Assembly (NCBI GenBank): GCA_016298065.1
Contig: JAEDDN010000003.1
Coordinates: 48,281-112,280, forward strand
From: Oscillospiraceae bacterium
GTDB lineage: Bacteria; Bacillota; Clostridia; Oscillospirales; Ruminococcaceae
Reading direction: 5' to 3'
Length of the DNA stretch: 64,000 nucleotides
Shown here: positions 39,743-49,065 of the stretch, piece by piece
Layout: every line of letters begins with the position of its first letter
How positions within the stretch are numbered: position 1 is the first letter of the stretch
Position numbers and translations under genes: made by a program
The notes under the pieces: model-generated
Told to the model about the DNA's origin: nothing
The model's database searches: none
Seen by the model: the letters and a program-made list of their open reading frames with translations, nothing else

Positions 39743-41776
39743 ATGAGTTTAAAGAGCAATACGGTGAACTTTTTAAAAAGATATAAAAAAATATTACTTA
39801 TGATAATATCGCTTGTTTTAACGGTGTTTTTCTTTTTTGCTTGGTATAAACTTTTTGTCGATATACCGATAATGCAAAACAGAATTGTTTTGTCTTTAAA
39901 CACTAACCCCGACGGCGTTACCGAAAATCTTATTTCGGGAAATGTTGTCGAGCAAAAAATAAAGCCTGATTTGTCTTACGACAGTTTTTCGTTTTATTTT
40001 GCTAAGGATAATGTTACCGATACCTGCGACGTTACGGTAGAATTTTGCGATGACGCTTCGGGCAAAGTACTGCAAAGCTTTAGCTTAAATTCCGACGATT
40101 TGCCGGACAGAAGCTATGTGGATTTTGACCTTACAAACAAAATGGAAAAGGACAAAATCTACTCAATAAAAATATATTCCGATAACGGAAGTGAAAATAA
40201 TTCCTTGGCGGTGGTCACTTCATCCACTACTCCTCAAATTGTAAGCAGGGAATTTTATCCCTTAAAGGAGCTTACGGTAAACGGCGAAGATCAGGGGAAC
40301 ACAGGTATATTTTTAAAGCTAAATTCCTCCGATAATTCTGCGCTTAAAGCGATATATTTGATTTTGTCGGCTATTTTCGGGGTTTTACTTATATTCTTGT
40401 TTTACAATATATTTGTAAAAAAGCTAAAGATAGAAACGGTATTTTTAGTGTGCTGTCTTGGTGTAGGGCTTATTTATATGTGCCTTATGACGCCAAACTC
40501 AATACCGGACGAGCCCGTTCATTATTTTTCGGCTTATAAATATTCTAATGCCATAACCTTTAATTCGGCGGATTATTCGTCTGACAGCTTAATAAATATG
40601 ACAAATAAGGATATAGACGTACTTTCATATTCGCTGACTCCCGGCAAACAGACTTACGCAAGAGTTGCCGAAGATATTGTTGCTCCTTCGGGCGATAAAA
40701 GTGAAAGCCCGGTTGCAGTTATGACAGCGGGAAATATACTGCAGTTTTTACCGTCGTCAATAGGCTTGTCTTTAGGACGAACCTTGGATTTTAACGGGCT
40801 TTGGACCTATTATATGGGCAGACTTTTTAATCTTTTGTTCTTTGTGCTTATGGCATATTTCGGAATGAAAAAACTGCCTTTCGGAAAAATGGTGTTTTTT
40901 GTAATAGCACTTTTCCCGATTACCATACAACAGGCGGCGTCTTATTCTTACGATGCGGTAATAAACGGACTTGCATTTTTCTCGGTAGGCTACAGCCTCT
41001 ATCTTGCATATACGACAGATAAAATAAAGGTAAGGGAAATTGTCGCCTTGAGCGTGGCGTGCGCTTTGCTTTCCGCAAGCAAGGCAGGCGTTTATTTGCC
41101 TATAGGTGCGCTTATTTTTCTGGTGTTTGCAAGACGGCAAAATCTATCAAAGAAAAAGCTTTTTGCCTATGCAGGTACAGTTCTGGGAAGCTCGGTTTTG
41201 CTTCTTTTGATTTTTAATATAAATAAGATATTAAACTCTCTCTTACCTGCGTCCTCGTCGTCGGGAGAGACGGCAGCGCAAACCAGTGCACAGTTTTACA
41301 GCACATCTTTTGTATTAACAAATACAAAAGAGTTTATAAGAATGTTCTTTAGAACTCTAAGGCAGTTAAAGGACACTTACTATACCACTATGGTAGGCGG
41401 TCAGCTTGGCTGGCTTAATGTGTTTGTCGGTGCGCTTATAATTGCACTTTTCTTTGTGCTTATGCTTATAGCCGCTATGAAATACGATGACGAAAAGGTA
41501 CATTTTAACTTTAAATCCCGTACACTTATGTTATTTATATTTATAGCCGTTTTCGGCGAGATACTTTTAGCGGCACTCACCTGGACCGATATAAATACTT
41601 CGATTATTATGGGCTTCCAAGGAAGATACTTAATACCCGTTTTACCGCTTGCGGTATACTGTCTGAGAAACTCTGCGATTGTAATAAAAAAGAATATTGA
41701 TCATAAGCTTGCGTTGGCGACGCTTATGCTTCAGTGTATAACGGTGCTCGATGTGTTTACAGACCGTATGATGTAA
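39743..41776 (+). CDS. Large polytopic membrane protein, GT-C-like (DUF2142/YfhO-like) putative glycosyltransferase
   Basis: 677 aa. N-terminal TM, ~160-aa extracytoplasmic domain, then ≥10 TM. Context with GT2 and DUF2304 genes. The family call is tentative. Confidence 0.45.
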   Translation: MSLKSNTVNFLKRYKKILLMIISLVLTVFFFFAWYKLFVDIPIMQNRIVLSLNTNPDGVTENLISGNVVEQKIKPDLSYDSFSFYFAKDNVTDTCDVTVEFCDDASGKVLQSFSLNSDDLPDRSYVDFDLTNKMEKDKIYSIKIYSDNGSENNSLAVVTSSTTPQIVSREFYPLKELTVNGEDQGNTGIFLKLNSSDNSALKAIYLILSAIFGVLLIFLFYNIFVKKLKIETVFLVCCLGVGLIYMCLMTPNSIPDEPVHYFSAYKYSNAITFNSADYSSDSLINMTNKDIDVLSYSLTPGKQTYARVAEDIVAPSGDKSESPVAVMTAGNILQFLPSSIGLSLGRTLDFNGLWTYYMGRLFNLLFFVLMAYFGMKKLPFGKMVFFVIALFPITIQQAASYSYDAVINGLAFFSVGYSLYLAYTTDKIKVREIVALSVACALLSASKAGVYLPIGALIFLVFARRQNLSKKKLFAYAGTVLGSSVLLLLIFNINKILNSLLPASSSSGETAAQTSAQFYSTSFVLTNTKEFIRMFFRTLRQLKDTYYTTMVGGQLGWLNVFVGALIIALFFVLMLIAAMKYDDEKVHFNFKSRTLMLFIFIAVFGEILLAALTWTDINTSIIMGFQGRYLIPVLPLAVYCLRNSAIVIKKNIDHKLALATLMLQCITVLDVFTDRMM

Positions 41777-41798
41777 AAAATGTTGAGGGGAAGTATTT

Positions 41799-42665
41799 AT
41801 GGATTATAAGCAATACGAACCGGAAGTTTTAAAAAGAGTTCATAAGGTGGACTTAGAGCTTTTAGAGGTGCTTGTCAACTTGTGCGAAAAGCATGATATA
41901 CCGCTATTTGCGGTTTACGGTACGATCTTGGGAGCAATAAGACACAAAAGCTTTATACCGTGGGACGACGATGTTGATGTCGGAGTTATGCGAAAGGATT
42001 ACGACAGACTTATTTCACTCGTACAAGAAGAGCTTAGCGATAAGTATACGGTCGTAAATTCTGCCCTTGACAAAAACTACATTTGTACGGTTACTCACTT
42101 TGAGAAAAAAGGTACGAGATTTGTTACCTCTTATAATTTAAAGCTAAAAAGGGAATTTGGAATCTGTATAGATATTTTCCCGTTTGACAACGTGGCCGAC
42201 GACCCGAAAAAAGCTAAACGTCAGGCAAGAAGCGCATGGATTTGGGGAAGGCTTTTGTGGCTTTCGGGCAGACCGCAGGCGGCATTTCCGTTCGAGGGAG
42301 CTAAAGCCACGCTTTCAAAAATAGCTTGTTACATAATACATTACACCCTTAAAATCCTTCATATAAAATCCACTTGGCTTTATAAAAACCTTGTAAAGAC
42401 TGCTTCAAAATATAATAGCGAAAAAACACAGTACATAACCTGCTTTGACGACCAGTATGCATTAAAGCACAAGTATACCGTCGAGGATATTTTCCCACTC
42501 AGAGAGGTTGAGTTTGAGCATTTTAAGATAAAGGTGCCAAAGCAGTCCGAAAAAATACTCACCTTGACATACGGGGATTATATGACGCTTCCCCCTGTAG
42601 AAAAGCGTCGCAATCATTGTCCTTCAATACTCGATTTCGGCGACGGCAAAGGAAATATAGTGTAA
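41799..42665 (+). CDS. LicD-family phosphotransferase (cholinephosphate/alditol-phosphate transferase type)
   Basis: IPWDDDVDVGV nucleotidyltransferase-fold motif and LicD-like length of 288 aa. Confidence 0.75.
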   Translation: MDYKQYEPEVLKRVHKVDLELLEVLVNLCEKHDIPLFAVYGTILGAIRHKSFIPWDDDVDVGVMRKDYDRLISLVQEELSDKYTVVNSALDKNYICTVTHFEKKGTRFVTSYNLKLKREFGICIDIFPFDNVADDPKKAKRQARSAWIWGRLLWLSGRPQAAFPFEGAKATLSKIACYIIHYTLKILHIKSTWLYKNLVKTASKYNSEKTQYITCFDDQYALKHKYTVEDIFPLREVEFEHFKIKVPKQSEKILTLTYGDYMTLPPVEKRRNHCPSILDFGDGKGNIV

Positions 42666-42694
42666 TTAAAAGGGCTTAAATTGGAGAAAAAGAT

Positions 42695-43927
42695 ATGACC
42701 AGTCAAAAAAGTCGGTTAAGAGCTATATATTTTTGGAATATGGCAGGAAGCTTTTGCAACGCTATATCTTCGTTTATATTAACGGTAATAGTAAACCGCA
42801 TAAACGGAAGCGCAGACGGCGGAGTGTATTCTTTGGCATACGCTATATCCTACCAGATGTCCACTATAGCTCTTTTTGAAATCCGTCATTATCAGGCAAC
42901 CGACCTCACCGATAAATATAGCTTTTCAAACTACTTTTCGCTAAGGATTATTACCTGTATAGCTACTATGATTATATCGGTGGGCTATATTTTCTCAAAG
43001 GGCTGTACGGGGCAGACTGTACTTATAGCGCTTTTGTGGTGTGCCTTTAGAGTTATGCTTGCCTTGTCAGATGTTTTCCAAGGGCTTTTTCAGAAAAACG
43101 AGCGACTTGACTTAGCCGGTAAAACATTGGCGTTTCAGGTGGTGCTTTCATCTGTAACCTTTGCGATATCGCTTTATTTAACACACAGCCTTCTTATTTC
43201 GAGCATATTTCCCGTTTTGATTACGGTTATATGGATTTTTATTTACGACGTTCCGAGAGTAAATAATTTTGATAAAATAAAATTCTCTTTTGATTTTAAG
43301 GCGTTTGGCAGATTACTTATTGAATGCTTACCTGCATTTGCGGGGGCATTTATGTTGCAGTACCTTACAAATGCGCCCAAGTATGCGGTAAATGCCATAT
43401 CCTCCGAAACGCTTAACATCTATAACAATATGGCGATGATAGCGTTTGTAATAAATCTTTTCAGCTTATTTGCGTTTAGACCGAAGCTTACTTTTTTAAC
43501 AACCTGTTGGCTTAACTCGAATAACAAGAAGTTCTTAAAAACCACCGCAGGTTTAGTGCTTTGGATAGGCGTTGTAACTATTATCGCAATAGGCGGTGCG
43601 GCTTTGCTCGGTATACCTGTGTTGAGTATGGTTTACGGCATAAGCTTTGAAGGCTACCGCACTGTGCTTTTGGTTATTGTGGCGGCGGGAGGTTTCAGTG
43701 CGCTGGCGACATTTTTCAGTGCGCTCTTAACGGTTATGCGTAAGCAGTCAAGGCTTTGGTTTATATATGCTGTACCGTGTGTTTTAACCTTTTTTATTTC
43801 CCCTATGTTCGTAAAGCTATGGGGCATTATGGGCGCAGCGGTGGCATATCTTACCTCAATGTTTGTGCTGGCGGTAATATTTATCCTGTTCATTCTTTAT
43901 TTTGTTAAAAAGCTAAAAATAAGTTAA
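42695..43927 (+). CDS. Polysaccharide flippase (Wzx/MOP superfamily)
   Basis: 410 aa, ~12 TM, context. Confidence 0.65.
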   Translation: MTSQKSRLRAIYFWNMAGSFCNAISSFILTVIVNRINGSADGGVYSLAYAISYQMSTIALFEIRHYQATDLTDKYSFSNYFSLRIITCIATMIISVGYIFSKGCTGQTVLIALLWCAFRVMLALSDVFQGLFQKNERLDLAGKTLAFQVVLSSVTFAISLYLTHSLLISSIFPVLITVIWIFIYDVPRVNNFDKIKFSFDFKAFGRLLIECLPAFAGAFMLQYLTNAPKYAVNAISSETLNIYNNMAMIAFVINLFSLFAFRPKLTFLTTCWLNSNNKKFLKTTAGLVLWIGVVTIIAIGGAALLGIPVLSMVYGISFEGYRTVLLVIVAAGGFSALATFFSALLTVMRKQSRLWFIYAVPCVLTFFISPMFVKLWGIMGAAVAYLTSMFVLAVIFILFILYFVKKLKIS

Positions 43928-43931
43928 GGCT

Positions 43932-45083
43932 ATGTGTGGTGATAAAATGTCTAAGTCGTATATAATTTTTTCAGCTTTATATCTGCCTCATTTGGGCGGC
44001 GTGGAAAGGTATACCTATAACCTTGCAAAAAAGCTTACCGAAAAAGGCGAAAAGGTGAGTATAGTAACCTCTAAAATAGATAATCTGCCTGAATTTGAGG
44101 TTATAGACGGCATAGACGTTTACAGATTAGACGCTATAAGCCTTATGGGCGGCAGATTTCCCATATTAAAACCGATAGGCAACAAAAAGCTTATAAAAGA
44201 CTTAAAAGCGAATTTGGTTATAGTAAATACAAGGCTTTATTTTCATTCGTGGTACGGTGCAAAGTTTGCAAAAAAAATAGGCGCTAAATGTATCACAATA
44301 GACCATTCTACCGACCATATGACCTTAAATAATGCGCTTTTGGATTTTGTCGGAAGAAAATACGAGCATTTTATCACAAGGCGAATAAAGCATTTTTGCA
44401 AGGATTTTTACGGCGTTTCACAAGCGTGTAACGAGTGGCTAAAGCACTTTAAAATAAATGCGACCTCCACCGTTTACAATGCGGTTAATATAGAGGATTT
44501 TACCCCGATTTTAGAAAATCCCGTAACCGATTTTAAAGCTAAATATAATCTAACCGCAAACGACATTGCGGTTACATACACAGGGCGTCTTGTAAAGGAA
44601 AAGGGCATTTTAAAGCTTATCGAAGCGATAAAGCTTTGCAAAGAAAAAAAAGACAACATATATCTTTTTATAGCCGGCGACGGCGAGCTTTCAGATGAGG
44701 TAAAATTGTTAGCGAATAAGCATATAATCCCTCTCGGCAGGCTTAATTACGAAGAGATTATAAGCTTGCTTTCCAAAACCGATATATTCTGCCTGCCGAC
44801 CGATTATCCTGAGGGATTTCCGACATCTGTTCTGGAGGCGGTGGTATGTAAATGCTACTGCATTACCACAACGGCAGGAGGCTCTAAGGAGCTTATTATA
44901 AATGATGACTACGGCGTGATATTAAAAGAAAATACGCCTGAAGAAATAGCAAAACAGATTTTATATGCCACAGATAATAAGGAGCTTGCAAAATCCGCAA
45001 CAGAGCTTGCATATAAAAGGCTTGAAGAAAACTTTACATGGGATATAGTTTCCGAAAAGGTAAGACTTTTGGCTAAAGACTAA
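43932..45083 (+). CDS. Glycosyltransferase family 4 (GT-B)
   Basis: 383 aa, C-terminal EGFPTSVLEA motif of GT4 enzymes. Confidence 0.75.
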   Translation: MCGDKMSKSYIIFSALYLPHLGGVERYTYNLAKKLTEKGEKVSIVTSKIDNLPEFEVIDGIDVYRLDAISLMGGRFPILKPIGNKKLIKDLKANLVIVNTRLYFHSWYGAKFAKKIGAKCITIDHSTDHMTLNNALLDFVGRKYEHFITRRIKHFCKDFYGVSQACNEWLKHFKINATSTVYNAVNIEDFTPILENPVTDFKAKYNLTANDIAVTYTGRLVKEKGILKLIEAIKLCKEKKDNIYLFIAGDGELSDEVKLLANKHIIPLGRLNYEEIISLLSKTDIFCLPTDYPEGFPTSVLEAVVCKCYCITTTAGGSKELIINDDYGVILKENTPEEIAKQILYATDNKELAKSATELAYKRLEENFTWDIVSEKVRLLAKD

Positions 45084-45101
45084 ATAAAATGGGAGAGTAA
45101 T

Positions 45102-45797
45102 ATGAAAACCTTGATTGTGATTCCTGCATATAACGAGGAAAAAAGCATAGTGCGTGTGGTGGACGATATTATAAATAACTATCCGCAGTACGATTATGTC
45201 ATAGTAAACGACGGCTCAAAGGATAACACAGCAAAGATTTGTAAAGAGCACGGTTATAACTATGTGAATTTACCTGTCAATTTAGGCTTGGCAGGTGCCT
45301 TTCAAACGGGGCTTAAATATGCGTATCTGGAAGGCTACGATTATGCAATACAGTTTGACGCCGACGGTCAGCACCGCCCCGAATATATTGCGGATATACT
45401 TGATGAGATGCAAAAGGGCTACGACATAGTAATAGGCTCACGATTTGTAAATGAGAAAAAGCCTTTCTCCGCAAGAATGATAGGAAGCTTTTTAATTTCA
45501 TTTGCGCTTAGAATTACTACGGGCAAAAAGATAAAAGACCCGACTTCAGGAATGAGAATGTTTGATAAAAAGCTACTTAAGCTTTTTGCCAATAACATAA
45601 ACTTCGGCCCCGAGCCCGATACGCTTTCTTATCTTATAAAGTGCGGAGCAAAGGTTTCCGAAGTACAGGTAACGATGGACGAGCGTACAGAGGGGCAAAG
45701 CTATCTTACCTTAACAAAATCCATATCATATATGATGCGAATGTGCATTTCGATTTTAATGGTACAGTGGTTCAGAAAAAGAGAAAAGGTAAACTAA
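45102..45797 (+). CDS. Glycosyltransferase family 2, polyprenyl-phosphate sugar synthase type (GtrB/DPM1-like)
   Basis: 231 aa, VIPAYNEE...DGSKD...DAD motifs. Confidence 0.75.
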   Translation: MKTLIVIPAYNEEKSIVRVVDDIINNYPQYDYVIVNDGSKDNTAKICKEHGYNYVNLPVNLGLAGAFQTGLKYAYLEGYDYAIQFDADGQHRPEYIADILDEMQKGYDIVIGSRFVNEKKPFSARMIGSFLISFALRITTGKKIKDPTSGMRMFDKKLLKLFANNINFGPEPDTLSYLIKCGAKVSEVQVTMDERTEGQSYLTLTKSISYMMRMCISILMVQWFRKREKVN

Positions 45798-45818
45798 GTA
45801 AAAAAGAGGTGCTTTGTT

Positions 45819-46175
45819 ATGAGTCTTGTGTTTAGAATAATTTTAATTGTGGCGTCGCTTTTGACCTTGGTGTTTATGATGCGAAAGATACGTCACTCAA
45901 AGGTACAGATAGAGGATACGATATTTTGGGTCTTGTTTTCGATTTTACTGCTTGTAATCAGTATTTTCCCCGGGCTTGCAGACTTTGCGACAAGGCTTGT
46001 AGGAGTATATTCTACGGTAAACTTTGTATTTTTGCTCACAATATTTATTTTGCTTATAAAGCTTTTCTTAATGACGGTAAAGCTCTCGCAGGTGGAATGT
46101 AAAATGCGTGAATTAGCGCAAAAGGTTGCAATAGATAATAATATTAAGGATAAAAAAGAAGAGGATAAAGAGTAA
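45819..46175 (+). CDS. Small membrane protein, DUF2304-like (partner of GT2)
   Basis: 118 aa, 3 TM then a K/E-rich tail. Typical companion of GtrB-like GT2 genes. Confidence 0.55.
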   Translation: MSLVFRIILIVASLLTLVFMMRKIRHSKVQIEDTIFWVLFSILLLVISIFPGLADFATRLVGVYSTVNFVFLLTIFILLIKLFLMTVKLSQVECKMRELAQKVAIDNNIKDKKEEDKE

Positions 46176-46180
46176 AAACT

Positions 46181-46211
46181 AAAGCCCGACTATAAGTCGG
46201 GCTTTAGTTTT
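46181..46211. terminator. Bidirectional terminator (AAAGCCCGACT-ATA-AGTCGGGCTTT)
   Basis: 11-bp perfect stem between convergent genes. Confidence 0.75.
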
Positions 46212-46217
46212 ATTTTA

Positions 46218-46826
46218 TTACTTTCTCTTATAAATCGCCAAATCAATCGGATTTATATCCTTATATCCCAGTACATAATAAAGCGATATGATAAGCGGAG
46301 TTACAAGCGTTAAAGAACAAATCCCTATAAGCTCTCCCCAGGATATTTCGGAAAAATATACGCTCGTTTCAATGAAATTTGCAAAGGTTATGATATTTGG
46401 ATTTACAAGCTTGTAGGTCGCCATAAGGTTGTAGGGGAAGATATAAAGCTTTCCGAGGATAAGAAATATATCCAAAATAAATATAGGTGCGCTCATTAAA
46501 AACCCTACCTTAACGCCCTTTAGTAAATCCTTTTTTATATATCCGAAGCTTACTCTGTTTGCGTCCTTACTACCCCAAGTCCATACGGGCGAGGACATAA
46601 ACCACCAGTACAGTATAAAAAGAATAACCCCTATAATTGCTAAAAACGGAGGTGCCTTTATTTTCATTGCCGCCGCAGTTAAAACTATTGCAAGGCAGAT
46701 AAAGTTTGCCGTAAGATGAGGTCCCCAAAGCCTGAGCGCCATTACGGGAACAGAGTAGCCGTGTTTACTTATATCTCGTTTTTGTTTTTTTGCCATTTTT
46801 ATACTTCCTAAAATGTTCTTAGTCAA
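46218..46826 (-). CDS. Hypothetical polytopic membrane protein
   Basis: 202 aa, ~5 TM, no motif recognised. Confidence 0.55.
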   Translation of the reverse strand: MTKNILGSIKMAKKQKRDISKHGYSVPVMALRLWGPHLTANFICLAIVLTAAAMKIKAPPFLAIIGVILFILYWWFMSSPVWTWGSKDANRVSFGYIKKDLLKGVKVGFLMSAPIFILDIFLILGKLYIFPYNLMATYKLVNPNIITFANFIETSVYFSEISWGELIGICSLTLVTPLIISLYYVLGYKDINPIDLAIYKRK

Positions 46827-47055
46827 AATCCGTAAGGATTTTCAAGAAGAATTCTGTTTGCGCCATAGGTGCAAACTAAATTAAGGTTATTATACCATAA
46901 AACAAAATAAAAAAGTATATAATAGGGACACGCTAATTGTTAATATTCTGTGAACAAACAATTGCAATATAGGATAAATAGTGGTAAAATTATAATGTTT
47001 GGAAAATGAATAAATAATGCTTAAAATAAACAAAAAGTCGAAGGGAAATGATACT

Positions 47056-47934
47056 GTGTTAAAGAGTATGACAGGCTACGGCCGAGCTCAACAATGCATA
47101 GATAATTACGAAATAACAGTGGAAATAAAATCGGTAAATCACCGCTTTTTTGAGTTTAATGCAAAAACTCCGAGAGCATACGGTTACCTTGACGAGAAAT
47201 TAAAATCCTTTGTACAACGCTCGGTGTCAAGAGGCAAAATAGACGTAGGCGTAACAATTTACAAAACAGAAGGATTAAGCTCCGAGGTTGAAGTTAATAA
47301 AGCGCTCGCAGGAGAATATGTAAATGCATTAAGACAGCTTGAGGGCGAGCTCAACTTAAAGGACGATTTGACACTTTCGTCAATATCACGTTTTTCCGAT
47401 ATATTCACCGTTAAAAAGATTAACGAAGACGAGCAGGTAGTTTGGGAGCGTGTAAGTGAAGTAGCAAAACAGGCTGTAGAAAAGTTTGTAGCTATGCGTG
47501 CCGACGAAGGTAAGCAGATGAAAAAGGATCTTACCGAGAAATTAGAGCATATCGAAAGCCTTGTTAAAAAGCTTGAAGAGCAGTCACCCAACACCGTAAA
47601 GGCATATCGTGAAAGGCTCACAGCTAAAATGAACGAGGTGCTTGGCGCTCAGAACATAGACGAATCGAGAATTTTATTAGAGGCAGCTATATTTTCCGAA
47701 AAGGTTGCGGTTGATGAAGAAACGGTAAGGCTTCGCAGTCACATAAAGCAGTTTTATAACCTGCTCGAAGCAAAAGAGCCTATCGGCAGAAAGCTTGACT
47801 TTTTGGTGCAAGAATTAAACCGAGAAGCAAATACAATAGGCTCAAAGGCACAGGACGTCGAGATGACAGCGGTAGTTGTGGATATAAAATCCGACATCGA
47901 AAAGATAAGAGAGCAAATTCAAAATATCGAATAG
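47056..47934 (+). CDS. yicC: YicC/YloC-family stress-induced protein (DUF1732)
   Basis: LKSMTGYG N-terminus with GTG start, ~290 aa, synteny with remA-gmk. Confidence 0.8.
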   Translation: MLKSMTGYGRAQQCIDNYEITVEIKSVNHRFFEFNAKTPRAYGYLDEKLKSFVQRSVSRGKIDVGVTIYKTEGLSSEVEVNKALAGEYVNALRQLEGELNLKDDLTLSSISRFSDIFTVKKINEDEQVVWERVSEVAKQAVEKFVAMRADEGKQMKKDLTEKLEHIESLVKKLEEQSPNTVKAYRERLTAKMNEVLGAQNIDESRILLEAAIFSEKVAVDEETVRLRSHIKQFYNLLEAKEPIGRKLDFLVQELNREANTIGSKAQDVEMTAVVVDIKSDIEKIREQIQNIE

Positions 47935-47946
47935 GGGAAATTTAAA

Positions 47947-48201
47947 ATGAAGCTAATAAATATAGGCTTTGGAAATATGGTGTCTGCGACAAGGTTAGTC
48001 GCTATTGTAAGCCCCGAATCTGCGCCGATTAAGCGCATTATTCAGGAAGCTAAGGAAAAGGGACTTCTCATCGACGCTACATACGGCAGAAGAACCAGAG
48101 CGGTAATCGTTATGGACAGCGACCACGTTATATTATCTGCGATACAGCCCGAAACCATTGCCGGCAGAGCAGACAGCGAGGAGGAAGCGGATAATGACTG
48201 A
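47947..48201 (+). CDS. remA: RemA/YlzA-family protein (DUF370)
   Basis: 84 aa, [30 protein letters not shown] matches the RemA family. Confidence 0.8.
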   Translation: MKLINIGFGNMVSATRLVAIVSPESAPIKRIIQEAKEKGLLIDATYGRRTRAVIVMDSDHVILSAIQPETIAGRADSEEEADND

Positions 48202-48802
48202 AAAAGGGCTTTTGATAGTGCTGTCAGGTCCGTCGGGCTGCGGTAAAGGCACGATTTTAAAGGAGCTTTTAAAAAAGCGTGACGATACTGTTATATCCAT
48301 TTCGGCTACAACACGCTCACCTCGTGAGGGCGAGATGCACTCCGTGCATTATTACTTTATTTCAAAATCCGAGTTTGAGGATAGAATTACAAACGACGGT
48401 ATGCTTGAATATGCCGAGTATGTCGGCAATTATTACGGGACGCCGGCAAAGGAGGTTTATGAAAACCTCGAAAACGGCAAAAACGTTATCCTCGAAATAG
48501 AAGTACAAGGCGCTATGAAGGTAAAGCAAAAATATAAGGATGCAGTTATGATTTTTGTTATGCCGCCGAGTGTGAGTGAATTAAGGCGCCGCTTGGTTGA
48601 CAGGGCAACAGAGGATTTAGAAAAAATAGACGGCAGAATGAACACCGCTATGAAAGAGATGAAGCTCGCTTCACAATACGACTATATAGTGATAAACGAC
48701 AGCTTGGAAACTGCCGTAGATGAGTTAAACAGCATAATTACTGCTCAAAGGCTTGCAAAGCCTCGTATGACGCAGATTATTGAAAATATATTAAACAGTT
48801 AA
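48194..48802 (+). CDS. gmk: Guanylate kinase
   Basis: Start moved to ATG 48194. [10 protein letters not shown]-loop. Confidence 0.9.
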   Translation: MTEKGLLIVLSGPSGCGKGTILKELLKKRDDTVISISATTRSPREGEMHSVHYYFISKSEFEDRITNDGMLEYAEYVGNYYGTPAKEVYENLENGKNVILEIEVQGAMKVKQKYKDAVMIFVMPPSVSELRRRLVDRATEDLEKIDGRMNTAMKEMKLASQYDYIVINDSLETAVDELNSIITAQRLAKPRMTQIIENILNS

Positions 48803-48816
48803 AGGAGATTTTTATT

Positions 48817-49026
48817 ATGATGCACAGACCTGCAAGTACAGACATTTTGAAAAACGGAGAGAGCTACTATTCTTTGGTAATAGGCGTAGCTAAAAGGGCA
48901 AGACAAATTGCCGCAGAATGTGAAGAAAAAGGCGAACCGATAGTAGAAAAACCGGTTCAGTTAGCTGTAGAGGAATTTGCAGACGGCAAATATAAGCTTC
49001 TCGAACAAGAGGACGCCGGCGAATAA
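48817..49026 (+). CDS. rpoZ: DNA-directed RNA polymerase subunit omega
   Basis: 69 aa, SYYSLVIGVAKRARQI motif. Confidence 0.85.
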   Translation: MMHRPASTDILKNGESYYSLVIGVAKRARQIAAECEEKGEPIVEKPVQLAVEEFADGKYKLLEQEDAGE

Positions 49027-49065
49027 GCAAGGCATTTTAAGGCTTTTTAAAAGCGGGGTGAGGTA

